Below are positions 19,017 to 28,280 of a stretch of 64,000 nucleotides of DNA, piece after piece (within the stretch, counting starts at the first letter, position 1; each line of letters begins with the position of its first letter). The notes below the pieces were generated by a model. That model did no database searches. It was not told where the DNA came from and worked only from the letters and a program-made list of their open reading frames with translations. The stretch is taken from positions 864,001 through 928,000 of the forward strand of contig OZ219871.1 in assembly GCA_964291495.2 (NCBI GenBank), written 5' to 3'. The stretch is from Dehalococcoidia bacterium (GTDB lineage: Bacteria; Chloroflexota; Dehalococcoidia; UBA2979). Made by a program: the position numbers and the translations under genes.

Positions 19017-19894
19017 GCGCGGCGCAGGCAGCGATCTCGGCGGCCACGCGGCTGCGCGAGCTGATCGAGGGCGACGAAGTCGTCGTAGCGCCGGGCGTCT
19101 TCGACGGGCTCTCGGCGCGGCTGGTCGAGCAGGCGGGCTTTCCCGCCGTCTACGCCAGCGGCGGCGCGATCGCCCGCAGCGGTGGGCTCCCGGACCTCGG
19201 GCTGCTCGGCCTCGGCGAGGTCGTCGACCGCCTCCGCCCGATCGTCGAGGCGGTCTCCATCCCGGTGATCGCCGACGCGGACACGGGCTACGGCAACGCA
19301 CTCAACACGCGGCGAGCGGCGCAGGAGTTCGCGCGCCTCGGCGTGGCCGCGCTACACCTCGAGGACCAGACCTTCCCCAAGCGCTGCGGCCACCTCGACG
19401 ACAAGTCGCTCGTCCCGGTCGAGGAGATGGCGCAGAAGCTGCGCGCGGCCGGCGAGGCGCTGGAGGGCAGCGGCGTGGTGCTGATCGCGCGCACCGACGC
19501 GATCGCCGTCGAGGGCCTCGAGGCCGCCTTCGAGCGCGCCGAGCGCTACGGCGAGGCCGGGGCGGACGTGCTCTTCGTCGAGGCGCCGGAGAGCGAGGCG
19601 CAGATCGAGGCGATCGCGGAGCGGCTGCCGGGGCCGAAGCTGATCAACATGTTCCAGGGCGGCAAGACGCCGCTCGTCCCCGCCGGGCGGCTCGCGGAGC
19701 TTGGCTACCGGATCGTGATCATCCCCTCGGACCTCCAGCGCGCTGCAGTGTGGGCGATGCAGCGCACGCTGGAGGCGATTAGCGAGGACGGCAGCAGCGC
19801 CGCGCAGGCCGAGCGCATGATCTCGTTCAACGAGCGCGAGGAGATCGTCGGCACCGCGGGCTACCTCGATCTCGGGGAGCGCTACGGGTCGTAG
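19013..19894 (+). CDS. isocitrate lyase/PEP mutase family lyase (PrpB/2,3-dimethylmalate lyase-like)
   Basis: DADTGYG, LEDQTFPKRCGH, IARTDA, GGKTP. Confidence 0.9.
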   Translation: MSAAQAAISAATRLRELIEGDEVVVAPGVFDGLSARLVEQAGFPAVYASGGAIARSGGLPDLGLLGLGEVVDRLRPIVEAVSIPVIADADTGYGNALNTRRAAQEFARLGVAALHLEDQTFPKRCGHLDDKSLVPVEEMAQKLRAAGEALEGSGVVLIARTDAIAVEGLEAAFERAERYGEAGADVLFVEAPESEAQIEAIAERLPGPKLINMFQGGKTPLVPAGRLAELGYRIVIIPSDLQRAAVWAMQRTLEAISEDGSSAAQAERMISFNEREEIVGTAGYLDLGERYGS

Positions 19895-19943
19895 CGCGCC
19901 GCGCCGCACGCGCTGCTAGCATCGGCCTCGCGAGGAGCGCGGC

Positions 19944-20309
19944 ATGACGATCACCGTCGCACGCCTGCAGCGGGAACGGCAGCGCGCCAGCGCGGCGGGC
20001 GTGCGCGGCGGGCGCGCGTTCGACATCGAGGCCGCGATGGCGGAGATGCGCGAGCAGGGCTACGACCCGCACCGCCAGGTCGTCGAGTTGGTCTTCGGCC
20101 CCGCGCCGGTGCAGAGCGCCTACGACGAGCGCCTCGATCGCTTCATCTTCCGCATCGCCGGCAGCAAGCCGACGATCGAGATCGAGGTCGAGCTGCCGCC
20201 CGGACAGATCGCGGAAGCGGAATGGACGCCGCTGATCGCCCCCGGCTGGGTGCGCGACCGCATCCGCCCGCCGATCCCCGAGTTCTACCCCGCCGGACAC
20301 GGCCTGTAG
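19944..20309 (+). CDS. hypothetical protein
   Basis: 121 aa, GAGGAG RBS, TGCTAGCAT -10 upstream, host-like codon usage. Confidence 0.65.
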   Translation: MTITVARLQRERQRASAAGVRGGRAFDIEAAMAEMREQGYDPHRQVVELVFGPAPVQSAYDERLDRFIFRIAGSKPTIEIEVELPPGQIAEAEWTPLIAPGWVRDRIRPPIPEFYPAGHGL

Positions 20310-20319
20310 GGAGCCGCCG

Positions 20320-20742
20320 ATGCCCGTGATCCGCTTCGACCACGCCTCGGTCCCGACGGACCACCCGGAAGAGATGATGGCCTTCTACGAGAGCATGGGT
20401 TTCGAGATCCTCGACGCCGAGGCGTTCCGCAGCGGGGAGCGGCCGATTTTCTCGATCGCCTTCGGGGACAACAAGATCAACGTGCACGGCCCGGACTTCT
20501 GGCCGCGCGAGGACTTCACGCTGCGCGGCCCGACCGCGAAGCCGGGCTGCGGCGACCTCTGCTTCGTCTGGGACGGCGGCATCGAGGACCTGCAGGCCGC
20601 CCTCGAAGCGACCGGCGCGCCGATCGAGGAGGGCCCGGTACCGCGCGAGGGCGGCCGCGGCGGCGGCCGCGACATGGGCGTGAGCATCTACACGCGCGAC
20701 CCCGACCGGAACCTGCTGGAGTTCATCGTCTACGAGGACTAG
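20320..20742 (+). CDS. VOC/glyoxalase family protein
   Basis: FDHASV, KINVH, GCGDLCF, EEGPVPREG, YTRDPDRNLLE. Confidence 0.9.
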   Translation: MPVIRFDHASVPTDHPEEMMAFYESMGFEILDAEAFRSGERPIFSIAFGDNKINVHGPDFWPREDFTLRGPTAKPGCGDLCFVWDGGIEDLQAALEATGAPIEEGPVPREGGRGGGRDMGVSIYTRDPDRNLLEFIVYED

Positions 20743-20795
20743 CGCCTCGGCGGCGCGAGGCCGCCGGCATTGCTGCGTGACGACGGGAGGGTGCG

Positions 20796-22058
20796 ATGGA
20801 CTGGGCAGACTCACCGGAACAGGCGGCGTTCCGCGCGAAGGTGCGGGCCTTCTTCGAGGACAACCTGCCCCAGCGCTACCGCGAGGACCTCGGGCCACTC
20901 CGCCCGCACATGATCCGCGCCTCCAACGGCGAGGAGATCCTCGCCACCCACGCCGAGTGGGGCACCGACCGCTACTCCGAGGATCCCGAGGTCAAGGGCG
21001 CGGCGGACTCCTGGGCGCAGGCGCTCGCCGCCGAGGGCTACGTCGCCTCCTCGTGGCCGAAGCACCTCGGTGGGGCGGGCTTCACGACGATCGAGCAGTT
21101 CATCTTCAACGAGGAGCGCGAGCGCGCCGGCGCGCCCCGCGTGGGCGGATCCGGCGCGATGTTCCTCGGCTCACTGCTCATGGTCTACGGGACCGAGGAG
21201 CAGAAGGCGAAGTACATGCCGGCGATCGCCCGGGGCGAGATCGACTGGGCGCAGGGCTACTCCGAGCCGGGCAGCGGCTCCGACCTCGCCTCGTTGCAGT
21301 GCCGCGCCGTGCGCGACGGCGACGAGTACGTGGTCAACGGCCAGAAGCTCTGGTCGCAGCCACTGACCTCGGACGCGATGTACACCCTCGTGCGAACCGA
21401 CCCGGAGGCGCCGAAGCATCGCGGCATCTCGTTCCTGATGATCGAGGACCTGACCGTGCCCGGGATCACGATGGCGCAGCTGCCGAGCATGGCCTTCCAC
21501 TACCCCGGCAACGGCGAGACCTTCTTCCACGACGTCAGGGTCCCGGTCGCCAACCTGATCGGCGAAGAGAACCAGGGCTGGTACGTCGCCATGACGCTCA
21601 TGGACTTCGACCGCGGCAGCCTCTCCGACACCGGCGAGGACCGCGAGAACCTCGCCCACCTCTTCGACTTCCTGGAGACCGAGGAGGGCCAGCGCGTCTC
21701 GCGCGTCGCCTCGTTGCCATCCGTGCGGGCGGAGATCGCCGACCGCTTCATCGAGGCGCGCGTCGGGCAGAGCCTCGCGCAGCGCGTCGCCTCGATGCAG
21801 GCCGCGGGGCTGATCCCGAACTACGAGGCCTCGATCGGCAAGTGCTTCTCCACGGAGCTGCACCAGCGCCTCGCGCGCACGGGGACGAAGACGTTCGGGC
21901 TCTACTCGAACCTCTGGCCGGGCGACGCGCGCGCCCCGCTGCACGGTCAGCACACGCACGACTACGCGCGGACCGTGGCGTTCACGATCTACGGCGGCAG
22001 CAGCGAGATTCAGCGCAACGTGATCGCCACGCGCGGCCTCGGCCTCCCGAGGGGGTAA
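20796..22058 (+). CDS. acyl-CoA dehydrogenase (copy 1)
   Basis: QGYSEPGSGSDLASL, VNGQKLWS, IYGGSSEIQRNVIA. Confidence 0.95.
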   Translation: MDWADSPEQAAFRAKVRAFFEDNLPQRYREDLGPLRPHMIRASNGEEILATHAEWGTDRYSEDPEVKGAADSWAQALAAEGYVASSWPKHLGGAGFTTIEQFIFNEERERAGAPRVGGSGAMFLGSLLMVYGTEEQKAKYMPAIARGEIDWAQGYSEPGSGSDLASLQCRAVRDGDEYVVNGQKLWSQPLTSDAMYTLVRTDPEAPKHRGISFLMIEDLTVPGITMAQLPSMAFHYPGNGETFFHDVRVPVANLIGEENQGWYVAMTLMDFDRGSLSDTGEDRENLAHLFDFLETEEGQRVSRVASLPSVRAEIADRFIEARVGQSLAQRVASMQAAGLIPNYEASIGKCFSTELHQRLARTGTKTFGLYSNLWPGDARAPLHGQHTHDYARTVAFTIYGGSSEIQRNVIATRGLGLPRG

Positions 22059-22130
22059 CGCACGCTCGGATAGCCGGTCCAGCACCCCGCGAGGCTGCTA
22101 GCATCGCTCCCGTGACGACGGGAGGGCGTG

Positions 22131-23393
22131 ATGGACTGGGCAGACTCGCCGGAACAGGCGGAGTTCCGCGCGAAGGTGCGGGCCTTCTTCGAAGACAACC
22201 TGCCCCAGCGCTACCGCGAGGACGCTGGACCGATCCGCCCGCACATGATCCGCGCCTCCAACGGCGAGGAGATCCTCGCCACCAGCGCCGACTGGGGCAC
22301 CGACCGCCACTCCGAGGATCCCGAGGTCAAGGGCGCCGCCGAGGAGTGGGCGCAGGTGCTCGCCGCCGAGGGCTACGTCGCCTCCTCGTGGCCGAAGGAG
22401 CTCGGCGGCGCGGGCTTCACGACGATCGAGCAGTTCATCTTCAATGAGGAGCGCGAGCGCGCCGGCGCGCCGCGCGTCGGCGGCACCGGCGCGATGTTCC
22501 TCGGCTCCTTGCTGATGGTCTACGGCAGCGAGGAGCAGAAGGCGAAGTACATGCCGCCGATCGCGGCGGGTGAGATCGACTGGGCGCAGGGCTACTCCGA
22601 GCCGGGCAGCGGCTCCGACCTCGCCTCGCTGCAGTGCCGCGCCGTCCGCGACGGCGACGAGTACGTGGTCAACGGGCAGAAGCTCTGGTCGCAGCCGCTC
22701 ACCTCGGACGCGATGTACACCCTCGTGCGGACGGACCCCGAGGCGCCCAAGCATCGCGGCATCTCGTTCCTGATGATCGAGGACCTGCGGGACCCCGGCA
22801 TCACGATGGCGCAGCTGCCGAACATGGCCTTCCATTACCCGGGCAACGGTGAAACCTTCTTCCACGACGTGCGGGTCCCCGTCGCCAACCTGATCGGCGA
22901 GGAGAACCAGGGCTGGTACGTCGCCATGACGCTCATGGACTTCGACCGCGGCAGCCTCTCCGACACCGGCGAGGACCGCCAGGGCCTCGCCCGCCTCGTC
23001 GAGTTCCTGCAGACCGACGAGGGCAGTCGCGTCTCCCGCGTCTCCGAGTTGCCCTCGGTACGTGCGGAGATCGCCGACCGCTACGTGGAGTCGAGGGTCG
23101 GCCAGAGCCTCGCGCAGCGCGTCGCCTCGATGCAGGCGGCGGGGCTGATCCCAAACTACGAGGCCTCGATCGGAAAGTGCTTCTCCACCGAGCTGCACCA
23201 GCGCCGCGCCCGCACCGGCGTGAAGACGTTCGGGCTCTACGCGAATCTCTGGCCGGGCGACGAGCGCGCGCCGCTGCACGGCGAGCACACGCACGACTAC
23301 GCGCAGACCGTCGCCTTCACGATCTACGGCGGCAGCAGCGAGATCCAACGCAACGTCATCGCCACGCGCGGCCTCGGCCTGCCGAGGGGCTAG
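22131..23393 (+). CDS. acyl-CoA dehydrogenase (copy 2, tandem paralogue)
   Basis: Near-identical to 20796-22058. Confidence 0.95.
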   Translation: MDWADSPEQAEFRAKVRAFFEDNLPQRYREDAGPIRPHMIRASNGEEILATSADWGTDRHSEDPEVKGAAEEWAQVLAAEGYVASSWPKELGGAGFTTIEQFIFNEERERAGAPRVGGTGAMFLGSLLMVYGSEEQKAKYMPPIAAGEIDWAQGYSEPGSGSDLASLQCRAVRDGDEYVVNGQKLWSQPLTSDAMYTLVRTDPEAPKHRGISFLMIEDLRDPGITMAQLPNMAFHYPGNGETFFHDVRVPVANLIGEENQGWYVAMTLMDFDRGSLSDTGEDRQGLARLVEFLQTDEGSRVSRVSELPSVRAEIADRYVESRVGQSLAQRVASMQAAGLIPNYEASIGKCFSTELHQRRARTGVKTFGLYANLWPGDERAPLHGEHTHDYAQTVAFTIYGGSSEIQRNVIATRGLGLPRG

Positions 23394-23414
23394 GCGCAAG
23401 CCGAGCCCGGGGCG

Positions 23415-24797
23415 ATGAGCGCGCAGGACAGCGGACGGCCGGACGCGGCAGCGGCGACGAACGAGACGCCGCCCCGGCGCCTGCCGCTCGAGGGCGTGCG
23501 CGTGCTCGCGCAGGCGATCGTCTGGGCGGGACCGTTCGCCACCATGCTGCTCTCCGACCTCGGCGCCGAGGTGATCGAGGTCGAGTCGATCCAGCACCTC
23601 AACCCGACGCGCACGAACTCGCGCCACCCGAGCGAGGTGATGCTCGCCGGGACGGTCGGCACGTACTACGTGGACCGCGACGGCAGCGAGGGCTTCTGGG
23701 ACCGCCAGGCCTGGTTCAACTTCGGCAAGCGCGGCTGCAAGTCGATCACCCTCGACCTCTCGCGTGATCGGGGCCGCGAGCTGTTTTACGAGCTGGTCCG
23801 GCACTCGGACGCCTTCATCGAGAACGGCGCCGCCGACGTCGTCGGCAACCTCGGCATCGACTGGGAGACGCTCTCGGCGATCAACCCGCGGCTGGTCATG
23901 GTGCGCTTTCCGGGCTTCGGGCTCGACGGGCCGTACGAGCACTACAAGGGCTACGGCAACGTCATGGAGGCGGTCGTCGGCCACACGATGCTGCGCGGCT
24001 ACCGGGACGCCGACCCCTCGCTCACACCCGCCTCGCTACACGGCGATCCGAACGCGGGCGCGATGGTCGCGTTCTCGCTGCAGGCGGCGCTGTGGGCGCG
24101 CAAGCGCAGCGGCCGAGGGCAGCTCATCGAGATCTCGCAGGCCGAGGCGGTGACGCAGCACCTCAGCCACGCCTTCATGGACTACTCGATGAACCGCCGC
24201 GTGAGCGGGCACGCCGGCAACACGCACCCCTCGATCGCGCCCTACGGCATCTTCCCCTGCGCCCCCTCGCCATCGCCGGCCGGTCCCGACGATGCGGCCG
24301 ACCGCTGGATCGCGATCGCAGCGCCGACGGACGAGGCCTTCGCCACGCTTTGCGCCGAGCTGGGCCGGCCGGAGCTGGCCGCCGACGAGCGCTACGCCGA
24401 TGTCGTCTCGCGCCATCGCAACCGGGACGCCCTCGATGCGGAGATCGGCGCCTGGACCGCCGGACACGAGGCACAGCCGCTGATGGAGCGGCTGCAACAC
24501 GCGGGCGTGCCCGCGGCGGCGCTGCTGCACCAGCCCGAGATGACCGGCGACCCGCAGCTCGCCGCGCGCGGCTTCTTCCAGGAGCTCACGCACCCGGCGG
24601 CAGGGACGCATGACTACCCCGGACCGGTGGCGCAGTTCTCGCGCACCTCGCTGACCCCGGTGCGCGGGCCGGCGCCGACGCTCGGGCAGCACAACGAGGA
24701 GCTGCTCTGCGGGCTGATCGGCCTCAGCCAGGCCGAGTACCAGCAGCTCGTCGAGGACCAGATCGTCGGGACCGTCTACCTCGAGAACGCGCGCTGA
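23415..24797 (+). CDS. class III CoA-transferase
   Basis: PLEGVRVL, WAGPFATMLLSDLGAEVI, HGDPNAG catalytic Asp. Confidence 0.92.
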   Translation: MSAQDSGRPDAAAATNETPPRRLPLEGVRVLAQAIVWAGPFATMLLSDLGAEVIEVESIQHLNPTRTNSRHPSEVMLAGTVGTYYVDRDGSEGFWDRQAWFNFGKRGCKSITLDLSRDRGRELFYELVRHSDAFIENGAADVVGNLGIDWETLSAINPRLVMVRFPGFGLDGPYEHYKGYGNVMEAVVGHTMLRGYRDADPSLTPASLHGDPNAGAMVAFSLQAALWARKRSGRGQLIEISQAEAVTQHLSHAFMDYSMNRRVSGHAGNTHPSIAPYGIFPCAPSPSPAGPDDAADRWIAIAAPTDEAFATLCAELGRPELAADERYADVVSRHRNRDALDAEIGAWTAGHEAQPLMERLQHAGVPAAALLHQPEMTGDPQLAARGFFQELTHPAAGTHDYPGPVAQFSRTSLTPVRGPAPTLGQHNEELLCGLIGLSQAEYQQLVEDQIVGTVYLENAR

Positions 24798-24815
24798 GAG
24801 AAGGCAGGGAGGGCC

Positions 24816-25727
24816 ATGATGTCTGAACGGGAGACGATCGGGTTCGCGGGGACGGGCATCATGGGCGCGCCGATGGCCCGCAACCTCGCCCAGGCGGGCT
24901 TCAGCGTCGTGGCCTACAACCGCACCGCGGCGAAGGCCGAGGCGTTGCGCGAGCACGGCGTCGCCGTCGCCGCCTCGCCCGCCGAGGTCGGGCGCGCCGC
25001 GAGCGTCGTGATCACGATGGTGCCGGACACGCCGGACGTGCTTGCCGTCGTCGAGGGCGAGGACGGCCTCGCGGGTGCGATGGCCGAAGGGTCGGTGCTG
25101 ATCGACATGAGCACGATCGCGCCGGGCGAGACGCGCGCCCTCGCGGGGCGGCTCGCCGAGCGCGGCATCGCCATGCTCGACGCGCCGGTCAGCGGCGGAT
25201 CGTGGGGCGCGGAGCAGGCGACGCTGACGATCATGGTCGGCGGCGAGCAGGAGACCTTCGATCGCTGCCTGCCGGTATTCGAGGCAATGGGCACGAGCAT
25301 CACCCTGATGGGCGCGTCCGGGATGGGCCAGACGACAAAGCTGGTGAACCAGATCCTCGTCGCGGGGACGTGCGCCTCTGTCGCCGAGGCGCTGGTCTTC
25401 GCTGCCGCGCAGGGCGCGGACCTGTTGAAGACGGTCGACGCCGTCTCCGGCGGTGCGGCGGGCTCCTGGCAGCTCTCCAACCTCGGGCCGCGGATGGCGC
25501 AGCGCGACTTCGCGCCGGGCTTCATGGTGAAGCTGCAGCAGAAGGACCTGCGGCTGATCCTCGAGGCCGCGCAGGATCGCAGCGTCCCGCTCGCCGTCAC
25601 TTCCGTCGCGCGCCAGTACCTCACCGCCGCCGAGGCGATGGGCCTCGGCGAGGAGGGCACGCAGGCCATCGTGAAGGCGATGGAGCGCCTCGCGGGCGTC
25701 GAGGTGCGACAGGACGGTGGGGGCTAG
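24816..25727 (+). CDS. beta-hydroxyacid dehydrogenase (GarR/MmsB family)
   Basis: GTGIMGAPMA, DAPVSGG, TKLVNQ, FAPGF..KLQQKDL. Confidence 0.92.
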   Translation: MMSERETIGFAGTGIMGAPMARNLAQAGFSVVAYNRTAAKAEALREHGVAVAASPAEVGRAASVVITMVPDTPDVLAVVEGEDGLAGAMAEGSVLIDMSTIAPGETRALAGRLAERGIAMLDAPVSGGSWGAEQATLTIMVGGEQETFDRCLPVFEAMGTSITLMGASGMGQTTKLVNQILVAGTCASVAEALVFAAAQGADLLKTVDAVSGGAAGSWQLSNLGPRMAQRDFAPGFMVKLQQKDLRLILEAAQDRSVPLAVTSVARQYLTAAEAMGLGEEGTQAIVKAMERLAGVEVRQDGGG

Positions 25728-25757
25728 CGGGGCCGGTGATGTCCTCGTGCAGTTCGG

Positions 25758-26147
25758 CTACTGCCAGAGGGTGGGGACGGGGTAGTCCTTTATCAGGCGG
25801 TCGGGGGTCACGATCGTCAGCCCATGCACGATCGCCTGGGCAACCAGGAGGCGATCGAACGGATCGCGGTGGAGGTCCGGGAGCTTCCCTACCTGCAGGG
25901 TCGCCTCTTCGTTGATCGCCAGCGACTCGATGCGGTGAAGTCGGCGTTGCCGGGGCACGTAGTCCTCCGGAGGAAGGCGCAGGTGGAGGCGTCCCAGGGC
26001 GTGTTTGATGGCTATCTCCCAAGCCGAGGCAGAACTCAGCACGACCGCATTGTCGGGATCGGCAATCGCATCGCGGGCAGCCCCGACGAGGTTCGCGTGA
26101 TCCTCAGCCAGCCAGAGGAAGGCGGCGGTGTCGAGCAGAAGGCGCAT
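25758..26147 (-). CDS. vapC: PIN-domain VapC toxin
   Basis: MRLLLDT, SSASAWEIAIK, HRDPFDRLLVAQA. Confidence 0.92.
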   Translation of the reverse strand: MRLLLDTAAFLWLAEDHANLVGAARDAIADPDNAVVLSSASAWEIAIKHALGRLHLRLPPEDYVPRQRRLHRIESLAINEEATLQVGKLPDLHRDPFDRLLVAQAIVHGLTIVTPDRLIKDYPVPTLWQ

Positions 26148-26165
26148 CACGTTCGCGCCTCCAGA

Positions 26166-26411
26166 TCACCTTCCCTCGAAGAGATCGAGCAGCTCGTCGG
26201 GAAGCGGTTCGAAGAACGAGTCCGGGATCTCCACGAGACCCTTGCCCAGCCCCACGGGTCGCGGCTCATCGAGTTGCTCCTCGATGGGCCGAATCTCGGC
26301 CACGGGGCGATTGCGACGGCAGAGGATGATACGGTCGCCGGGCTTGAGACCCGCGATGTGCGCGGACAGGTGGGTCTTGGCTTCGTGCATGTTCAGTCGC
26401 GTCGTCGACAT
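26166..26411 (-). CDS. Phd/YefM family antitoxin
   Basis: NMHEAKTHLS..., RRNRPVAEI; AT-rich promoter region. Confidence 0.88.
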   Translation of the reverse strand: MSTTRLNMHEAKTHLSAHIAGLKPGDRIILCRRNRPVAEIRPIEEQLDEPRPVGLGKGLVEIPDSFFEPLPDELLDLFEGR

Positions 26412-26473
26412 AGTGCGATAATACACTACCTACTTAGTTTAGTACCAGCCTCGATCATCAAGGAACCTAACTC

Positions 26474-27793
26474 GTGACGTCGCCCCCCGCCCGCGAACCC
26501 GCCGTGCAGTTGCTGCTCGACCGCGCCGCGGTCCACGACGTGCTGATGCGCTACTCGTTCGCCCTCGACCGCCGCGAGTTCGCCGAGGTGGCCTCCTGCT
26601 TCGCACCCGACGTGGGCGGCGAGTGGACCTACGGACCGATCGCCGACCGCGACGCGCTGCTGGACTACATCCGCGGCGTCGCGCGGTTCCACACGACGAT
26701 GCACTTCATGGGCAACGAGTTCATCGAGGTGAGCGGGGACCACGCCAGCCTTCAGGCCTACGCGATGCTGCTGCACCGCGCGACGCGCCGCGACGGCTCG
26801 ACGTTCGAGTACAACCCCAGCGACCGGCTCTACTCGGAACGGCTCGAGCGCCGCGAGGGCGAGTGGGTCATCGTGGAGCGCAAGGCCGAGCCGCAGTGGG
26901 CGCCGACCGGCGTGACCGGGGTCGAGCCGAGCGACCCCGCAGTGCAGTGGCTGCTCGACCGCGCCGAGATCCACGACCTGATGGCCTCGTACGCACTCGG
27001 CGTCGACCAGCGCGACTACGAGCGCGTCCGCGCCTGCTTCGCGCCAGGCTTCCGCGCCGTCTACGGCGACCACGAGTTCCGCGAGCTCGATCCGCTGATC
27101 GAGTACATCCGCGGCGTCGAGCACTTCGTATCCACCACGCACTTCATGGGCTCGCAGCTAATCGAGGTCGCCGGTGACGAGGCGACAATGCGCAGCGCCG
27201 CGATCATCAGCCAGCGCGACCCTCCCGACGGCGAGACGGAGTGGGCGATCGCCGGCAGGCGCTACACCGACCGGCTCGTCCGCCACGAGGGCCGCTGGCG
27301 CTTCGCCGAGCGGGCGCCCGACGCGGCGACCCTCCCCAGCGCGAACCCGCTGCGCCCGGCCTCGGACGACCCGGACGTGCGCACCCTGCTCGACCGAGCG
27401 GAGATCGAGGACCTGGTCGCGACGTTCGCGATCGGCCTCGACCGGCGTGACTGGGAGCTCGTGCGGTCCTGCTTTGCCCCCGAGGCCTCCGAGCACGCCG
27501 CGAGCCTGATCGCATCGCTGCGCGAGGAGCTGGCGCCGTGGCGGCGCAGCACGCACCTGCTCGGCAACCAGCGCGTCGCGATCGACGGCGACCGGGCGAG
27601 CGCCGAGACGTACGCCCTCGTCAACTACCAGCGGGCCGGCGAGCGGGCGGCGACCCACTGGAGCGAGGGCGCGCGGCGCTACCTCGACGACCTCGTGCGG
27701 GTTGAGGGCCGCTGGCGGATCGCGAGGCGGCACATCGAGGGGCCGTACTACCGCGACCCGGCGGAGTACTCCGAGGGCACTCCGGGCGACTGA
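26474..27793 (+). CDS. triple SnoaL/NTF2-like domain protein
   Basis: Three units starting LLDRA.(V/I).D...LDRR/VDQRD, each with an H(F/L)(M/L)G motif and RY.DRL..EG.W. Confidence 0.88.
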   Translation: MTSPPAREPAVQLLLDRAAVHDVLMRYSFALDRREFAEVASCFAPDVGGEWTYGPIADRDALLDYIRGVARFHTTMHFMGNEFIEVSGDHASLQAYAMLLHRATRRDGSTFEYNPSDRLYSERLERREGEWVIVERKAEPQWAPTGVTGVEPSDPAVQWLLDRAEIHDLMASYALGVDQRDYERVRACFAPGFRAVYGDHEFRELDPLIEYIRGVEHFVSTTHFMGSQLIEVAGDEATMRSAAIISQRDPPDGETEWAIAGRRYTDRLVRHEGRWRFAERAPDAATLPSANPLRPASDDPDVRTLLDRAEIEDLVATFAIGLDRRDWELVRSCFAPEASEHAASLIASLREELAPWRRSTHLLGNQRVAIDGDRASAETYALVNYQRAGERAATHWSEGARRYLDDLVRVEGRWRIARRHIEGPYYRDPAEYSEGTPGD

Positions 27794-27802
27794 GCGTGGC
27801 TG

Positions 27803-28219
27803 CTACCCGAGGGCGTACAGCTCGTAGGTCATGACGTCGTCGCTGAGCGTGCCCTTGCCGACGACCTGCGTGGCGTTGAGCCAGTCGTAGCGCTCGTCCG
27901 GGGTCTCGATGCGGCCCGCCATCATGACCGGGCCGCCCTCGGACGCCATCTGCACGGGGCGGAAGCGGCCGAAGTAGTCGAGGTAGAGCAGCGCGTCGTC
28001 GTCGGTCTCGAGCATCGCGCGGACGTTCACCTCCGCGATCTCGCGGCCGGAGCGGTAGGTGCCGTTGACCCACACGGCCTCGGCGCGCACGCGCTCGCTC
28101 TCCCAGGTGGCGCCCGGGAGGATGCTCGTGGAGCGCCCGCCGAGCGGGCCGCGCGAGAAGCGCCACGAGTCGCCGGTGCGGACGGCCAGCGTCCCGAGGT
28201 CTGTCAGCTCGAGTGCCAT
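27803..28219 (-). CDS. DUF3237 family protein
   Basis: GPLGGR, VRAMLETDDDALLY, ETPDERYDWLN. Confidence 0.8.
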   Translation of the reverse strand: MALELTDLGTLAVRTGDSWRFSRGPLGGRSTSILPGATWESERVRAEAVWVNGTYRSGREIAEVNVRAMLETDDDALLYLDYFGRFRPVQMASEGGPVMMAGRIETPDERYDWLNATQVVGKGTLSDDVMTYELYALG

Positions 28220-28280
28220 GCGAAGCTCCCTTCCGGAGTCCCGCCGGAGCGTACACTTGCGTCCGCGCGAGGGGGCCGCT

